Shown here in pieces: positions 63,801 through 64,000 of a DNA stretch of 64,000 bases. The stretch is from the NCBI RefSeq assembly GCF_009914755.1, contig NC_060930.1, one strand, 5' to 3'. Below the pieces are notes generated by a model, which worked only from the letters and a program-made list of their open reading frames with translations, was not told the origin of the DNA and searched no databases. Positions within the stretch are counted from its first letter, which is position 1, and each line of letters begins with the position of its first letter. Source of the DNA: the human T2T-CHM13v2.0 reference genome, Homo sapiens. A program made the translations under genes and the position numbers.

Positions 63801-64000
63801 TCTTTTGAGTCAGAGTCTTGCTCTGTTGCCCAGGCTGGAGTGCAGTGGCATGATTTCAGCTCACAGCTGCAACCTCCGCCTCCGGGGCCCAAGCAATTCT
63901 CCTACCTCAGTCTCCGAGCAGCTGGGATTACAGGCGCCCACCACAACACCGGGCTAATTTTTGTATTTTTAGTAGAGATAGGCTTTCACCATGTTGCCAA
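63801..64000 (-). mobile_element. Alu (AluS), truncated by window edge
   Basis: gagtcttgctctgttgcccaggctggagtgcagtggc... right arm and linker. Confidence 0.92.

Noticed and set aside
63446-63957. Phe/Ser/Leu- and Lys/Glu/Arg-rich ORFs
   Set aside because: Translations of the (TTTC)n microsatellite and Alu.

Overview
Human (primate) genomic DNA, AT-rich and dominated by interspersed repeats. It holds the 5' part of GPRC6A, a class C GPCR, on the minus strand: coding exon 1 (26567-26760), exon 2 (7045-7348) and exon 3 (4101-4937), encoding residues 1-445 (signal peptide plus most of the Venus-flytrap domain). The remaining exons lie beyond the left edge, and ~37 kb of upstream intergenic DNA follows on the right. 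Relative to the canonical protein as I recall it, this haplotype encodes Ser91 and Arg144. About 16.5 kb of the 19.2 kb intron 1 is one nested insertion complex: old L1MA > MSTA provirus > full-length L1PA2 > young AluYa. The L1PA2 carries a short 3'-transduction tag, and its antisense promoter points toward GPRC6A exon 2. A second nested complex (THE1D with MLT2A2, L1PA and Alus) lies at 46.7-53.9 kb. The least-explained signal is a set of short local duplications, two of them with fold-back inversions, flanking exons 2 and 3 and upstream of the promoter. I found no evidence of a new multi-gene system, CRISPR array or RNA gene. Repeat subfamily names are from recalled consensus sequences and need RepeatMasker/Dfam confirmation.
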